From the NCBI RefSeq assembly GCF_902713615.1, contig NC_052158.1, forward strand, positions 18,596,546 to 18,660,545: a DNA stretch of 64,000 nucleotides. Reading direction: 5' to 3'. The position numbers were made by a program, and so were the translations under genes. The stretch's first letter is position 1; each line of letters opens with the position of its first letter. This stretch comes from Scyliorhinus canicula (lineage: Eukaryota). Below the pieces are notes generated by a model. That model did no database searches, had not been told where the DNA came from, and saw only the letters and a program-made list of their open reading frames with translations. This document shows positions 1-11,496 of the stretch, in pieces.

Positions 1-783
1 CCCGAGGACCGAGCAAGTCAAGATTCACGAGCTCGTGGATTTGCCAGAGTGGCCGGGATACCGATGGTGCAGGGGGCAATCGATTGTGTTCACGTCCCCA
101 TGCGCCCGCCAGCAGGGGACAGGGACGTGTTCACAAACAGGAGGGGGACATACTCCATGAATATCCAGGTGGTATGCGACCCCCACATGAGGATCATGAA
201 CGTCTCTGCAAGGTTCCCAGGGAGTGTGCATGACTCCTACATACTGGTGCAGTCGTTCATCCCTGCGATGTTTGAGGGACGTCCCCCCCGGCTGAGGGGC
301 TGGTTGCTAGGCGACAGGGGTTATCCGCTGAGGTCTTGGCTGATGACGCCTATACGGAGGCCTCAGATCAATGCGGAAACACGATACAACGAGGCCCATG
401 CAGCAACCAGGGGTGTGGTGGAGCGCTGCCTTGGCCTCCTGAAGATGAGATTCAGGTGCATGGACCGCTCCGGAGGGGCCCTGCAGTACCAGGCCGAAAG
501 GGTCGCTCGCATTGTAGTGGTCTGCTGTGCGCTGCACAACATCGCGATGCAGAGGGAAAATGACCTGCTGCAGGAGGCGGAGGGAGAAACCAGTGGCAGT
601 GGTGCCAGCACACTGGAGGAGGAGGAGGAGGAGGAGGAGGAGGAGGAGGCTGGCGGAGTGGCGGGCGCAGAACGCAGACACGACCCAGGTGCTGGTGATG
701 TCCAGGAGGCGGCACAACGGACCTGGCGAGGACGGCGGGCACGCGACGCCTTGGTGGCAGCACGGTTCACGCATCGCATGTGA
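1..783 (+). CDS. Harbinger/PIF transposase (HARBI1-like DDE nuclease), C-terminal ~260 aa, 5'-truncated by the window edge
   Basis: Frame is open from base 1 (PEDRASQDSRARGFARVAGIPMVQGAIDCVHV...). It contains AIDC, NRRGTYSMNIQVVCD, PGSVHDS, LLGDRGY, GVVERC and CCALHN motifs and an acidic tail. Confidence 0.93.
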   Translation, partial: PEDRASQDSRARGFARVAGIPMVQGAIDCVHVPMRPPAGDRDVFTNRRGTYSMNIQVVCDPHMRIMNVSARFPGSVHDSYILVQSFIPAMFEGRPPRLRGWLLGDRGYPLRSWLMTPIRRPQINAETRYNEAHAATRGVVERCLGLLKMRFRCMDRSGGALQYQAERVARIVVVCCALHNIAMQRENDLLQEAEGETSGSGASTLEEEEEEEEEEEAGGVAGAERRHDPGAGDVQEAAQRTWRGRRARDALVAARFTHRM

Positions 784-1351
784 CGTCCCCGCTGAACACC
801 AAACCACCACCTGCATCGTTAGTCGTGCAGAGGGTCAACGCATAACTGCCACCACCACAGCCCCCCCCCCCCCCCCACCCCCCCCCCACCCCCTCTCAGT
901 GTACACTGCTCCACTTAGACATCACCCTTACCACTGGGTCCAGACGATATGGTACAACATTGATGGCTATGTCAGCGGGTGTGACCAGTGCCATGTGGAA
1001 TGATGACAGCCCGCTCTGCGATGAGCTGTGAGCTCAGAATCGTTAGAGAGAGTCTGACCCATGGCAATAGCTGAACCATCCACCTTGGTGGCCGCTGAGA
1101 TCGTCACTGACACTCCATCACGTGCCCGCGTGGGCTAGCTGTGGGAGGGGGGAGGGGCAGGGACTGCACACCCGGCACCGAAGTTTCACCACCCGTCACC
1201 CCCAGCGACACTCGGTCACCATCACGATTCCTGTGGCTGTGGAACAATCACACGGTATTACAAGTAAGGTGGAACAGTGCGTTTAATGTGAACAATAATT
1301 TACAGGTGCCCTAGCCCCTACAACTAAACTGTGCCCTTCACCCGTGCCAAC

Positions 1352-3140
1352 TTACTCAGTGTCTATCTTAGTTGCCTTACGGGCCCTACCACTATGTCTA
1401 AGTGATTCCCCAGATGATACAGCAGGAGTGGAGGAGGATTGCTGCGAATCGCCCCCCTCGACTCGTTTCTCCTTGGCCAAGCGTTTCCTGGGGCGACCCG
1501 GCCTTGATGGGCCAGGCTGCTCTGCGGGCGTCTCGGGTGACATTGTGCCACCCTGCTCTGCCTGCTGCCCACCCGATGCACCAGGGATGGGACGGGGGGA
1601 GGCCGAGAATTCCAGGACGTCCCGTGATGGACTTAATGGGACGGGTCCCGAAACCTCCTCCTCCCTCGGGGAGCCCGGTGGCCCCCGGGCCTCACTTTGG
1701 GACAGAGGTGCGAGCGGGGAGGTGCCCTATCGCACCACCGACACCTGGCGCTGCCAGTCCTGGAGGCCTGCAACGGTATCCACCAGGATCCGAAGGTTTG
1801 CAGAGACGGAGTCCAGGGAGTTAGACATTCCCGCCAGGGACTGTGCGACCTCAACCTGTGAGTGCACAACGCCATCCAGCACATGTGTCAGGCGGTTGAT
1901 GCTCTACGCGACTGACTGCTGGGACTGTGCCATCGACTGCTGGGACTGTGCCATCGACTGCTGGGACTGTGCCATCGACTTCTGTGACTGTGCCATGGCG
2001 TGCTGCGACTGGCCAATGACCTGCTGAGACTCGGCCAAGGCCCGCAGCGCGCCGGCAATGTCGTGTTGGCTCTGGCACATTGCTGCCTGTGAGAGGGCAA
2101 CCCTGTCCAGGGCCGAGGATGACGCGTGCACATTAACCCCAACGCCTTGCATCACCTGACCCATTGCCTCCACCGCAGATGCCATCCGTGCGGTGTCGGA
2201 CTGGGTCTCTGCCATGAGCGGCACCACTCCCTGCTCGTGGACGCGGTTCGACTCCTCTAACAGCGTCTGCAGAGTCTGGAAGGAAGCCCTCATCCCGTCG
2301 TTGTTTCCCTGGGTTTCTTGAGGCATCGGCTGTGCGGGTGGGCTGAGAAACTCCAGGAACTCCGAAAACGTCTGGGAGCCAGCTGCATCCTGGGCCTGGT
2401 CTGGCCTCCGCGAGTCCGGGCCCTCGGTTGCTCCTACCTCCACCTGCTGTACCTGCTCAACTGTGATGTGCAAACCAGACTGTGACCCAGGAGACTCATC
2501 ACTAAATAGGCCCGCCGGGGTGAGTGTCTCTGGGATGATGGATGTCGTGGGAGAAAGCAGTGCCGCAAGCCCGATGTTTTCGCTATTTAGGCCCTCCTCC
2601 AAGGTGTGGGGCCGCTCAGAGTCCGGAGGGTTATCCTTGGCCATTTCCGGGGGTTGTGGTATCGCCACCCTCTGGGCGTCCTGCTCCGCAGATTGGATTG
2701 GGGAGGATGGGGCTGCCCGCTGATCGGGCACCCTCTGTTGTGCGGCCCTGGGTGAGGTGGCGGCAGATGCCTGTGCCCGTCTGCAGCCAGACGGCCCTAG
2801 TCGTTTGGCATCACGTCCTAGGGAAGAGAATGAGACGGGTTATTTAGATTTGCTCGGCAGGCCGCTGGACGGTCCCAGTGGGAAGCGTGTGAAGGGACAG
2901 AGGATGGGGGAGGTATCCCAGTGGTCAGTGTGTGAAGGGACAGAGGATGGAGGAGGTCCCAGTGGGCAGAGTGTGTGAAGGGACAGAGGATGGGGGAGGG
3001 GTGGGTGTTTGTCAAGGAGGGCAGGGTGTGTGAAGGGACAGAGGATGGGGGAGGGGTGGGTGTTTGTCAAGGAGGGTTGTCTCACTTGCTGCAGATCTGC
3101 CAACCTCGCATAGCGCGATATCCCGGGTGGCAGACCTCCC
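1352..3140 (-). pseudogene. Harbinger partner (Myb/SANT-like) gene, 3' exons, convergent with the transposase
   Basis: ORFs 1904-2731 and 1352-1543 are in one frame, broken only by TAG at 1904-1906 and 1727-1729. Acceptor ttctcttccctag|ga lies at 2817 and donor a|gtgaga at ~3086. It has SQQSMAQ heptad repeats, and its exon layout matches the second copy at 48040-49175. Confidence 0.75.
2860..3075. repeat. Minisatellite (gtgtgtgaagggacagaggatggggga..) in the Harbinger partner-gene intron
   Basis: About 5 degenerate tandem copies are visible directly. Confidence 0.8.
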
Positions 3141-3149
3141 AAAAAGGTC

Positions 3150-3849
3150 TGCACAGATCGCAGCCGCAGTTCAACTAGGGAAACGGCGTAAACAAAGCAC
3201 AGCATGCTTTAACAAGACCGTACACCCCACAGAATTCCAGGTTGGGCAACAGGTAATGCTATCTGTATACAACCCCAGCAGTTTTTTGGCACCAAAATAT
3301 TCCGGGCCATATTCAATTTCGGATAAAATTAGCCCCTCAGTTTACAGGATAAAATATCCTAACGGAAAGACCGCGTGGTTCCATATTAACCAGCTAAAGG
3401 CATATGGAACACAGTCCAACCATGCACACCATGTCCTGCTAGACACAGCAGAACACCTCACCCCGCCCACTAGAGACACGTTTCCACCATCCCCCTCACA
3501 GACCAGTTCTTCATTGGACTCGCCCACGACTCCGCCCACTGACCACGACAGACCACGCCCCGAAACGCCCACAAGCTGCCGCAGCAGAGACAGCGATACA
3601 GACACTGACTCTGAGGACAGCCACAGCACACCACACTACAGCCCACACTGCAGCGACTATGACCCCGACTCCAGTGACCCCATGGAAGTCACCTATATTA
3701 AAAACCCAGACCCACCACCCGACCCCGACTACCCCGACAATACCCATTCACTTTTAGCCCAACACTCTGGCACAGGGACAATTCGTACAGACTTGTCCGC
3801 AACGACGAAAGTGACCCCCGGTCACATAATTCAAAAATTTCATGCCTGA
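3150..3849 (+). CDS. Integrase C-terminal (GPY/F) domain plus Pro/Ser/Asp-rich extension; probably continues to 3954 after a frameshift
   Basis: ORF 3064-3849 in the track. An alternative frame WHRDNSYRLV...NPFVTLFTEAEKK* runs to 3954. Confidence 0.75.
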
Positions 3850-4835
3850 TCCACACAAGGGTGTGGGATCCGGGAGAGCAGGACGACACGGTGTCTGAAT
3901 CCCGATACGGCAACCCCTTTGTGACCCTGTTCACAGAGGCAGAGAAAAAGTGAGGTGTCCAGATGATGTAAAATAGGAACCGCTTGAGGGAAGCGATGTC
4001 CTTTCTGATGGAACCTGCACGTATGTTTTGTTTGTCAGTTTATGTTTGTTTCCTTGTTAATATGTTAAGGGTTTGATTGCAGATCTTTTCAGCTGAAAAG
4101 ATTGTGACCACCTCGCACGCACTTTAGTTTGTCTGCAGAAACCTCTGAGAACTTTCTATTGTGACCAGCTCACCTTATCGGCTACACTGTCTGAAGCCCA
4201 GCTCAATTTTCAAAAGGAGCATCTTGGCTCCTCCCTTGTTTTTAGGTGCCCCTCTATTCAGCGAATAGAGGCTGCAAATCCACGGTAAACACATTCTTGC
4301 CCGTTTAATCCAGGTTACTCAGGCAGTGGACAAACGGCACTGAGGACCCGCCCTGTCTGAGAACCCACTTTGGTCAGCCAAGCTCGGGTATGGCACAGCA
4401 CGCCTTACCCGGGGATCCCATTCAAATCTTACCCGTAGCGGCCCATACGCAACCCATTCGACCTTTTCTTTCAAATTTGTTTTCATTTTTCGTTAGGCAG
4501 CCCTTAGGCCGCCATCCCACATGCTATTTACATCCAGGAACATTCGGATGGTAAATTAGCAAAGCCTGCGAGACGGCTCGCAGGAGGAAAGTTGTTAGGT
4601 GTATTCTGTTCATTAAATTCGCTTTTGAAAAAAAAAAAATGAGGGGAGTCACAGGGTGTGACTTGGCCAGTCATTTTAATGGGTCAATTGGAATTAGAGG
4701 ACAGATACACTAACAAGTACGGATATTAAACTGTGTATTGACAGATACTGTGCTTGATCCCATAGCTTTCAAAGGACGAAAGAGGGTTCACAGCAAGGAT
4801 CAGCCATACAGGAGGAAGAGAACGAAGAGAAGACC

Positions 4836-5180
4836 ATGATGGAAGCCTACCTATTACTGTTAAATGTTATATTTGTATGTGTGGAAGCAAGACACGTTTC
4901 CCCCACAACCCCCGCCGTCAATGTTTCCCTCACACCAACTTCCCCGTGCTCAGCTCTGATCAGTGAAGTTCAGACCTGGTGCACAAAATTTATGACATGG
5001 TACTCCATGTCATATGTGATTGAATCACTGCTAGTCATCGCAATCCTCTGCATAATCGTACAGACCCTCAGGTTGAGGAAATGGAAAAGGAGAGCCTCCC
5101 GTTCTTGCCCCTCAACCATCTATGGAGTTCAATCCCCTATTTTCGGTTTCCACCAATCCCCCCAGCCCCTCAATGAATAA
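4836..5180 (+). CDS. Small type-I membrane glycoprotein (114 aa) in the env position of the Gypsy element
   Basis: Start context accATGA; hydrophobic leader MMEAYLLLLNVIFVCVEA; NVS sequon; 2 ectodomain Cys; TM VIESLLVIAILCIIVQTL; basic stop-transfer RLRKWKRR; AATAAA at 5176 and 5192. Confidence 0.75.
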   Translation: MMEAYLLLLNVIFVCVEARHVSPTTPAVNVSLTPTSPCSALISEVQTWCTKFMTWYSMSYVIESLLVIAILCIIVQTLRLRKWKRRASRSCPSTIYGVQSPIFGFHQSPQPLNE

Positions 5181-5541
5181 AGCACTATGTGAATAAAAAA
5201 ATACCCATGTATTATATTGTCCTGGCTCGACTGCCGAGTCAGGAAATGTTATGTGATGTGGTATGAATGGATGAGGTTTAGACTGTAATAAAATGTTTAA
5301 GGTAAGATAAGGATAGTTGTGATAGGTAGAGGTTCCCGGTTTTGGTAATGCATGTCCCCTTTGACATAGCGCCAAGTAGAGATGTCAGGTAAAAAATTTT
5401 CTTCCCATAGTCAAGGACAGAGTAGACGCCCAGGAACTTGCCGAGGACAGGGAACACAAAGAAGGCACCCAGAAGCACTCGAAGCAACGTGCATAGGTGA
5501 TCCTTCACAATTTTTTTATTGTGAGGATCACAAGGAGGGAA

Positions 5542-6553
5542 TGTAGCCACCTAAGATGGACACTGGGCTAACAAAATGGAGAACTGCTAAGACTGTAGGG
5601 AGAAAACAGTTTTAGCCAGGACAAGCAGTCTGCAAAGGCTAATTAGCATTCTGCACGTAGCAAAACTGGTTTATGGCCAGGTGGAAGATCTCAACCAAAG
5701 GTGTAAATAGCAAAACGCTTTGCATAGTAATGAGGCAATCCAGATCTGGGCACACACAATAGCAACATTTGGGTTTGAATGGATACTTTGAGTGGACGCC
5801 CAGACGAAACGGCACCAGAAGTATCCATCACAAAAGACCCTAGAGACCGCCCCACCCATCGAGAAGAGACCCTCAGATTGGGGGATTTGTAAGACATCGA
5901 TTGGGAAATAACCCAATCGATACATGGCAGGTAAAGGCCCGCCCCGAAAAGGCACGGACATTGGGGGCCCTATAAAGATAGACCCCGCACATGGTTCTGT
6001 CTGTTTTTGTGCTCCGGCTTGGACTGCTGCTTTGACTCCGGCCCAGATCTGCTGTTGTATCCTGACTCCGACTCCAGCCGTTGATCCTGTCTTCCATCAC
6101 CAGCCGTTGAGCACCAGCCATTGTTCAGTAAGTCCCAAAACGACGCTCGCTACGTGAACCCAGCATTGCCTATACATTGATCGACTAGTAACGAACAGAA
6201 GGTGCAGCCCAGAAAGGAACAAAGGCCTTGTCCCCTGACCTTGCTGGTTCCTACTTAGATAAGTATTTAGTCGTTTAATAGTAGGAATAGGTATTAGTCT
6301 TTAGCGCGTGCAAGCGTATTTATTATATTTGTATAATAAATATTAATCGTTGGAACTTACTAATCGGTGTATAGTTTTATTACTTTGAACCTGACCTTGA
6401 AATACTTGTGAGGTGTCTATATACGGCACCTGGCGACTCTGAGCTGAAAATACACACACACAGCTGTAGCAGTGTTAAGCACACGGCCTTTAAACGGAGG
6501 CGTGTTAATACACTCCAATAAACGCGTAATACACTCAAGTAAAACGTGCAACA
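5542..6553 (+). mobile_element. 3' LTR (~1012 bp) of the Gypsy element
   Basis: TG...CA termini with imperfect inverted ends directly after the PPT; TATAAA at 5971; AATAAA at 6335. The right end abuts a SINE that is uninterrupted in the paralogous arm (19533). Confidence 0.85.
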
Positions 6554-6769
6554 GTGTCTGCCTGGGTTTCATACCACAACTCAAAGATGTGCAGGTTAGG
6601 TGGATTGGCTATGCTAATTTGCCCCTTAATTGGAAAAAAAAATTGGGTACTCTAAATTTTTTTTAAAAAGTCAATAGTTATGGCTTACAGGGCACAAATT
6701 CTCGAATAGTCTTATGGTCGCTCTCTTGTACTCACCTCACTGCCATGTGTCCACAGCAGGTGGAGACAG

Positions 6770-7240
6770 TATAAAACATTGGTGAACCCACATATGGAGC
6801 AATATGTGCAATTCTAGTCGCCACTTTATAGGAAGGGTGTGATTGCACTAAAGGGGGTGCAGAGGCGATTCACTAGGATGTTGCCTGGGATAAGTTATGA
6901 TCAGAGGTTGGATAGACTTGGGTTGTTTTCGCTGGAGCAGAGAAGACTGAGGGGCGACATGATCGAGGTGTACAAGATAATGAGGGACATGGACAGGGTG
7001 GATAGGGAGCAGCTGTTCCCCTCAGTTGAAGGGTCAGTTACACGGGGACATAAGTTCAAGGTGAGGGGCAGGAGGTTTTGGGGGGATTTGAGGAAAAACT
7101 GTTTTACCCAGAGGGTGATGATGGTCTGGAATGCACTGCCTGGGAGGCTGCTTCACATCCTTTAAAAAGTAACTGGATGCTCACTTGGCACTCATAACAT
7201 TCAAGACTATGGGCCAAGTGCTGGCAAATGGGATTAGGTG
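6770..7240 (+). mobile_element. CR1 LINE 3' fragment
   Basis: VQRRFTR...LGLFSLEQRRLRGDMIEVYK...NCFTQRVMMVWNALP. Confidence 0.88.
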
Positions 7241-7269
7241 GACAGGTCAGATGGTTTTCATGTGTCGGT

Positions 7270-8151
7270 TGTTTTTCTAATTTCACCTATATGTTTTAGA
7301 ATTCCCTTTATACCAAAGAACCTTACGGGCCAATATTCTAAAAACGGCGAACAGGGAACTACCTCCCTGACTCCAGTACAGGCCTCTGAGAGTGCTAATC
7401 GGGTCAAACTCTCCTTTCAAGTTATCCCCCGGTATAACTCCTACCTTCACTGAAGAATTTTACTTACTTACCCCTTAATGGCATTGATGTCCAGGGTCCT
7501 GCGTTCTTAAGGAAGTGAAGTAAGCTAATAACCACTTTTTCAGGTTAAATTATTTTATTATTAACATACTCTTTTTTATCTCATTAAATTAAAAACATTA
7601 TTTACTTTTTGATGTTGTCTGGTTGGTTGGTGAGGCCTTCAGACTCTCTCTCTCTCTCTTTCACTTTCAAGCCTCCTGGTCATCTCTCCTGGTGCAGTTT
7701 TCTCTTTTCCTCCTCTTCTGTCTTCTGTGGCTGCTGTGGCTGCTGCTGTCCTTCTTGCTTCTTCGGGTGCCGCTGGTGTTCTGCTGCTGGTGTCTTTGTT
7801 CTTGCTTCTTGCCTCGTGGGGAGAAAAAGGGGAGGAGTCTGAAGTCCACGCTGGTTTCTTTGTTTCAGCTGTTCTGATCGGGACCTCTGATAAGGATCGG
7901 ACTTCGGGTCTTAAAGGGGCAGTCCATCACAATTTTCCAACAACACAAAGAGATTTTTTAAAACTTTTTTCTTCTGCCTTTCTCCTGCTGCAGGTTGTAA
8001 TAACCATTTTGATAGACTGAAATTGCTGCCCACAGTTTCTGTGCCCTTCAGCTGCCACCAACCTCTTGTGGGATCTTTCCCTGCACTCTCCCCGATCAGA
8101 TGTTGGCAGACCTCTATGTTTCAAATGACACATTCTGTATTTTCCAGAACA
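7270..8151 (-). mobile_element. 3' LTR (882 bp)
   Basis: Minus strand TGTTCTGG...GAAAAACA, preceded by purine tract caagacgggg. The only difference I found from the 5' LTR is one T in a homopolymer (~7572). Confidence 0.95.
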
Positions 8152-9493
8152 CCCCGTCTTGACATTTGAAACATTACTATAATTTGGTTTATTGTCCCCC
8201 CATCCAATTGTACTAACCTACATCCCTGATCATTGTCATTTGTATGCATATCACCGACCAGTGTCAATACGAGTCTTGTTTTCCGTTCCAGTCCAACTTG
8301 TTTTCCATTTCTGATTGGAATGTGGTAATTGTGATATCTTTTACCCCCCACTGATCCCCTAGTCTTATTAATTTAAAATGTTCAATTGATCCTGCTTGTA
8401 TTCCTAACTTCCCCATTAATGTCTAACATTGTCGTGAATCATGTAAGTCTGCCAACCCCTGGTTTACATGAGAGAACATCTTTCTGACAACGTGTATATT
8501 TTTCCTTTCAGCATTTACAAAACCGCATTGAACCGTCTCTTTTTTTTTCTTCCCAAACAAATTCTCCCTATTGTTCTATACATAGTAAAATTTTTATCTT
8601 ATCTTAACACCTTATTCATTACCTAACCAATAGACTGTGTGTTACACTTTACATATTTTCAACTGTTAACAATTTAATATCAATATCGAAACATCGCTTC
8701 TTGGCTTTTGGAACAATCATTATTACATACTAACTAACCCTCTATTAAAACATTCACAGTTTAGAAATGCGGATCAAGTTATTTAACGACACACATACCC
8801 CCCTTCTCATATATATACAACAGTCCCTATCAATTTACATGAAAATAAAAAAATTTTCTTATCAACGATTATAGCTCTTCAATGCAATATTGTTTTGTTG
8901 CATTGGTAACAATTTTCCCGCCGTAGTATCAAGCTACTGAAATTCTTAACCTATTATCATTGATCATATTGGGGTTCCTCGTCAGTCGCTGCTATCTGCT
9001 GCCGAGACCTTAATGATTCCACTGCGTAGTACATACCCCATGGAGACCACAGATCATCCATCAACTAATGTCCAGTTAGAGATGTCTGACCGGGGGTTTC
9101 ACTGTCCAGTCATAATTTGATATTCTAATTTGCATTTAATTCCCTCAAATTTGTAGCCAATTATATCATTAGTTTCCCCCCAATCCTGTCGAACAGATTC
9201 TTCTCTGGAGTGTAGTTCTCTTCCTTCTCGCGAACTGGTTTGTTATTGGAGTGTAGTTCTCTTCCTTCTTGCGACCTGGTTTGTTATTAATTTTTTCCAC
9301 CTGAAAAAGCAAATGAACAGATCAAGGGTGGAGAGGGCCCTATTCTTTAATTCGGATTATCCCAGAAGTGCCCTCTCCAGGACTTCCGGATTCCTTTTGC
9401 CATCATTTCTTTTTGAACTGGTTTATATTCCATATCCTTGATGTAGTCAAGCCTCCTTCTGTCATTGCACCCCTGAGTGAGATTCGAAGAATC

Positions 9494-11070
9494 TCAAACT
9501 CCTCTGATGCTCACTGGGTCGTGTGTTTCAAGCGTGACACAATTTCTTTTGCTCCAGACACCATGCTTCTCTAATTCAATTGTATGTGTACCCAGAATCT
9601 GAACAATCTTGTCTTTACATTTTACAGTCTCGCGAATGATTTTCCCCGCAGTCTTAGTTGGTAACTTCACCCAAACTTCGTCTCCTACTTGATAATTCCC
9701 AGATTCACTTGGGTCTCCTTGTCCCTGGGGGACAGAGGTTCCAAGGTTGCTATTAAGATCAAATACTATTCTTTCAATGTCTTTATCCCAGCCTTTATTA
9801 TTCTGATTCTTTATGATCCAATCCTTTACTTTTCTTACAGACCTCTCAGCCATTCCATTACTCTCAGGTGCATATTTCACGGCCCAATTGATTGTTATTC
9901 CTCTGTCAGCACAAAAGTTAATAACAGTATTGTTTCTAAAGTGTGGCGCGTTGTCCATTCGGATCGATTCTGTATCCTTTCCTGTGGTCTTAGTGCTGCT
10001 ATTATCTGGCCTTGTGTTTCTGTGCTGTTCCTTACCCTACTCATGGCTCTTCCGAAACTGTCATACCCTTTGCTCATTTGCCAAATTTTAGCTTTGGGGG
10101 TAACGTTTGGTAATTCCAGTAATTTCGTAGAATCAATTTGTTGACTTCCGCCTAATATTTCTCCTATTTTAAGTCCCCTAGCTGTAACCTCTCTTTCCCA
10201 TCCTTCCTGATCTCTATGGTGTACCATTTCTGCTTCTGGATTATAAATATAATACGGTACATCCTTATTTACTGGTTGATAAGTGGAAGGTTGTTGGTGT
10301 TTCCAGTGATCGCTATAATCCCCTATTTCTAATGGTTTAGAATTTTTTCTATTCCCTATTCCTCTCTTTGGTTTGACTATTTCCTCATTCTCGGATGAGG
10401 ATGATAATTCTTCCTGTCCCATCACAGGAGGCGCCATAATCCCAACTATGCCTTGTTCCTCTTCACTTTCTTGTGGTTCAACGAAATGATCGATAAACGC
10501 TTCTTTCTTATGTGTGGCAGATTGCTGAGGCCAATTTTCTTCCTGAAACAGACTTGGATCTGGGTATGGAAAATTGTATCCCGTTGGGAAATTTTCACAG
10601 GAGTCCGAATTCTCTCGGCTATCTGATTCTAGGCCTGATTCCTCGTCACTTTCCATTTCTAATGGTTCATTTTTCTGCAGTTGTTTTATATATTTGCCTA
10701 CCACTTCAGAGTTACTTTTGTGTTTACTAGGGATCTGTATTATTTCTGTCCTGTTTACTCCGTCAATGATTTTAATCAGTTTGGAACACACTTTGCCCAC
10801 TTGAGCAGCTGCATGCTTCTGTCTGTGTCCAAATACGATTAGTGATTCAGCTCGCTTTTCAAATGCAAACTGACAAAGTGCTTTAAGGACCCTGACTGAA
10901 TCTGTATATTGCAGGGCTTTTGGCACTCTAACAAAGAGGGAGATATCTCCGTCTGGATACATATCGCTTGTCCAGGATTTCTTTTGCTCTTTTAATTTCT
11001 TCCATTCCCTTTTCATTTCTACATTTCTCTTGACCGTATCCCAGGGCATGAGAATTACCCTAATTGCCAT
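9494..11070 (-). CDS. Pol-derived protein (~525 aa after repairing one 1-nt deletion at ~9972): degenerate RNase H/tether-like N-terminus, acidic linker, integrase-like C-terminus
   Basis: ORFs 9895-11115 (ATG at 11070, gaaaATGG) and 9494-9958 join as RIPESIRMDNAPHF if one base is restored. MDN...MAER is an exact D(35)E spacing, and YQVGDEVWVK is a GPY/F-like motif. N-terminal homology is weak. Confidence 0.7.
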
Positions 11071-11496
11071 TTTCGGATTTTTAGTTCTGTTCCTGGTTGT
11101 CCCTTTCAGGTGCACTCTGAAATTAAGGATAAGTACCCTTTCTGGGCCCTATCCAAGGCTGACCAAGGCACTATCTTCCTGCTCTAGTTAAGGGTCGATT
11201 GATTATTGGTTTCTGAATATAAGCGTCCCTATTTTCCAGAAAATGTCCGCACAATCCGCCTTACTCTGAGGATGATTTATTCTTTAGCCCCTTTTACCAG
11301 TGATGGATGCAAGATTTTAGTGCTATCACCAAAATGTCTTGCAGACTTTTTCTCAGGGTCAGTATCTTCTAGTCTACTGATTTTCACACCCAACCTGAGC
11401 TTCAGTCCCCTCGATCCACAGAATATCCTTACAAAAGCCAATCACACCTGACTTTCCAAACTAAACTCGGCAGGTAAAGTTTGACTCACACATAGA

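Larger units (their letters stand above)
3150..6553 (+). mobile_element. 3' portion of a Gypsy-type LTR retroelement (integrase C-terminus, accessory ORF, PPT, 3' LTR)
   Basis: GPY/F module FQVGQQVML...LAPKYSGPYSISDKISPSVYRI; PPT aaggagggaa at 5532-5541; LTR TGTAGC...GCAACA. The left boundary is approximate. Confidence 0.85.

Noticed and set aside
7609-8133. ORFs inside the LTRs (duplicated at 12231-12755)
   Set aside because: Low-complexity CT/GA-rich sequence open in several frames, with no recognisable domain.
8152-9490. env gene in the young LTR element
   Set aside because: No long ORF, signal peptide or TM segment; only short frames, one broken by a 41-bp tandem duplication (9207-9288).
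9895-10035. Programmed -1 frameshift between the 406-aa ORF and the integrase
   Set aside because: No X XXY YYZ slippery heptamer in the overlap; a single-base loss explains it better.
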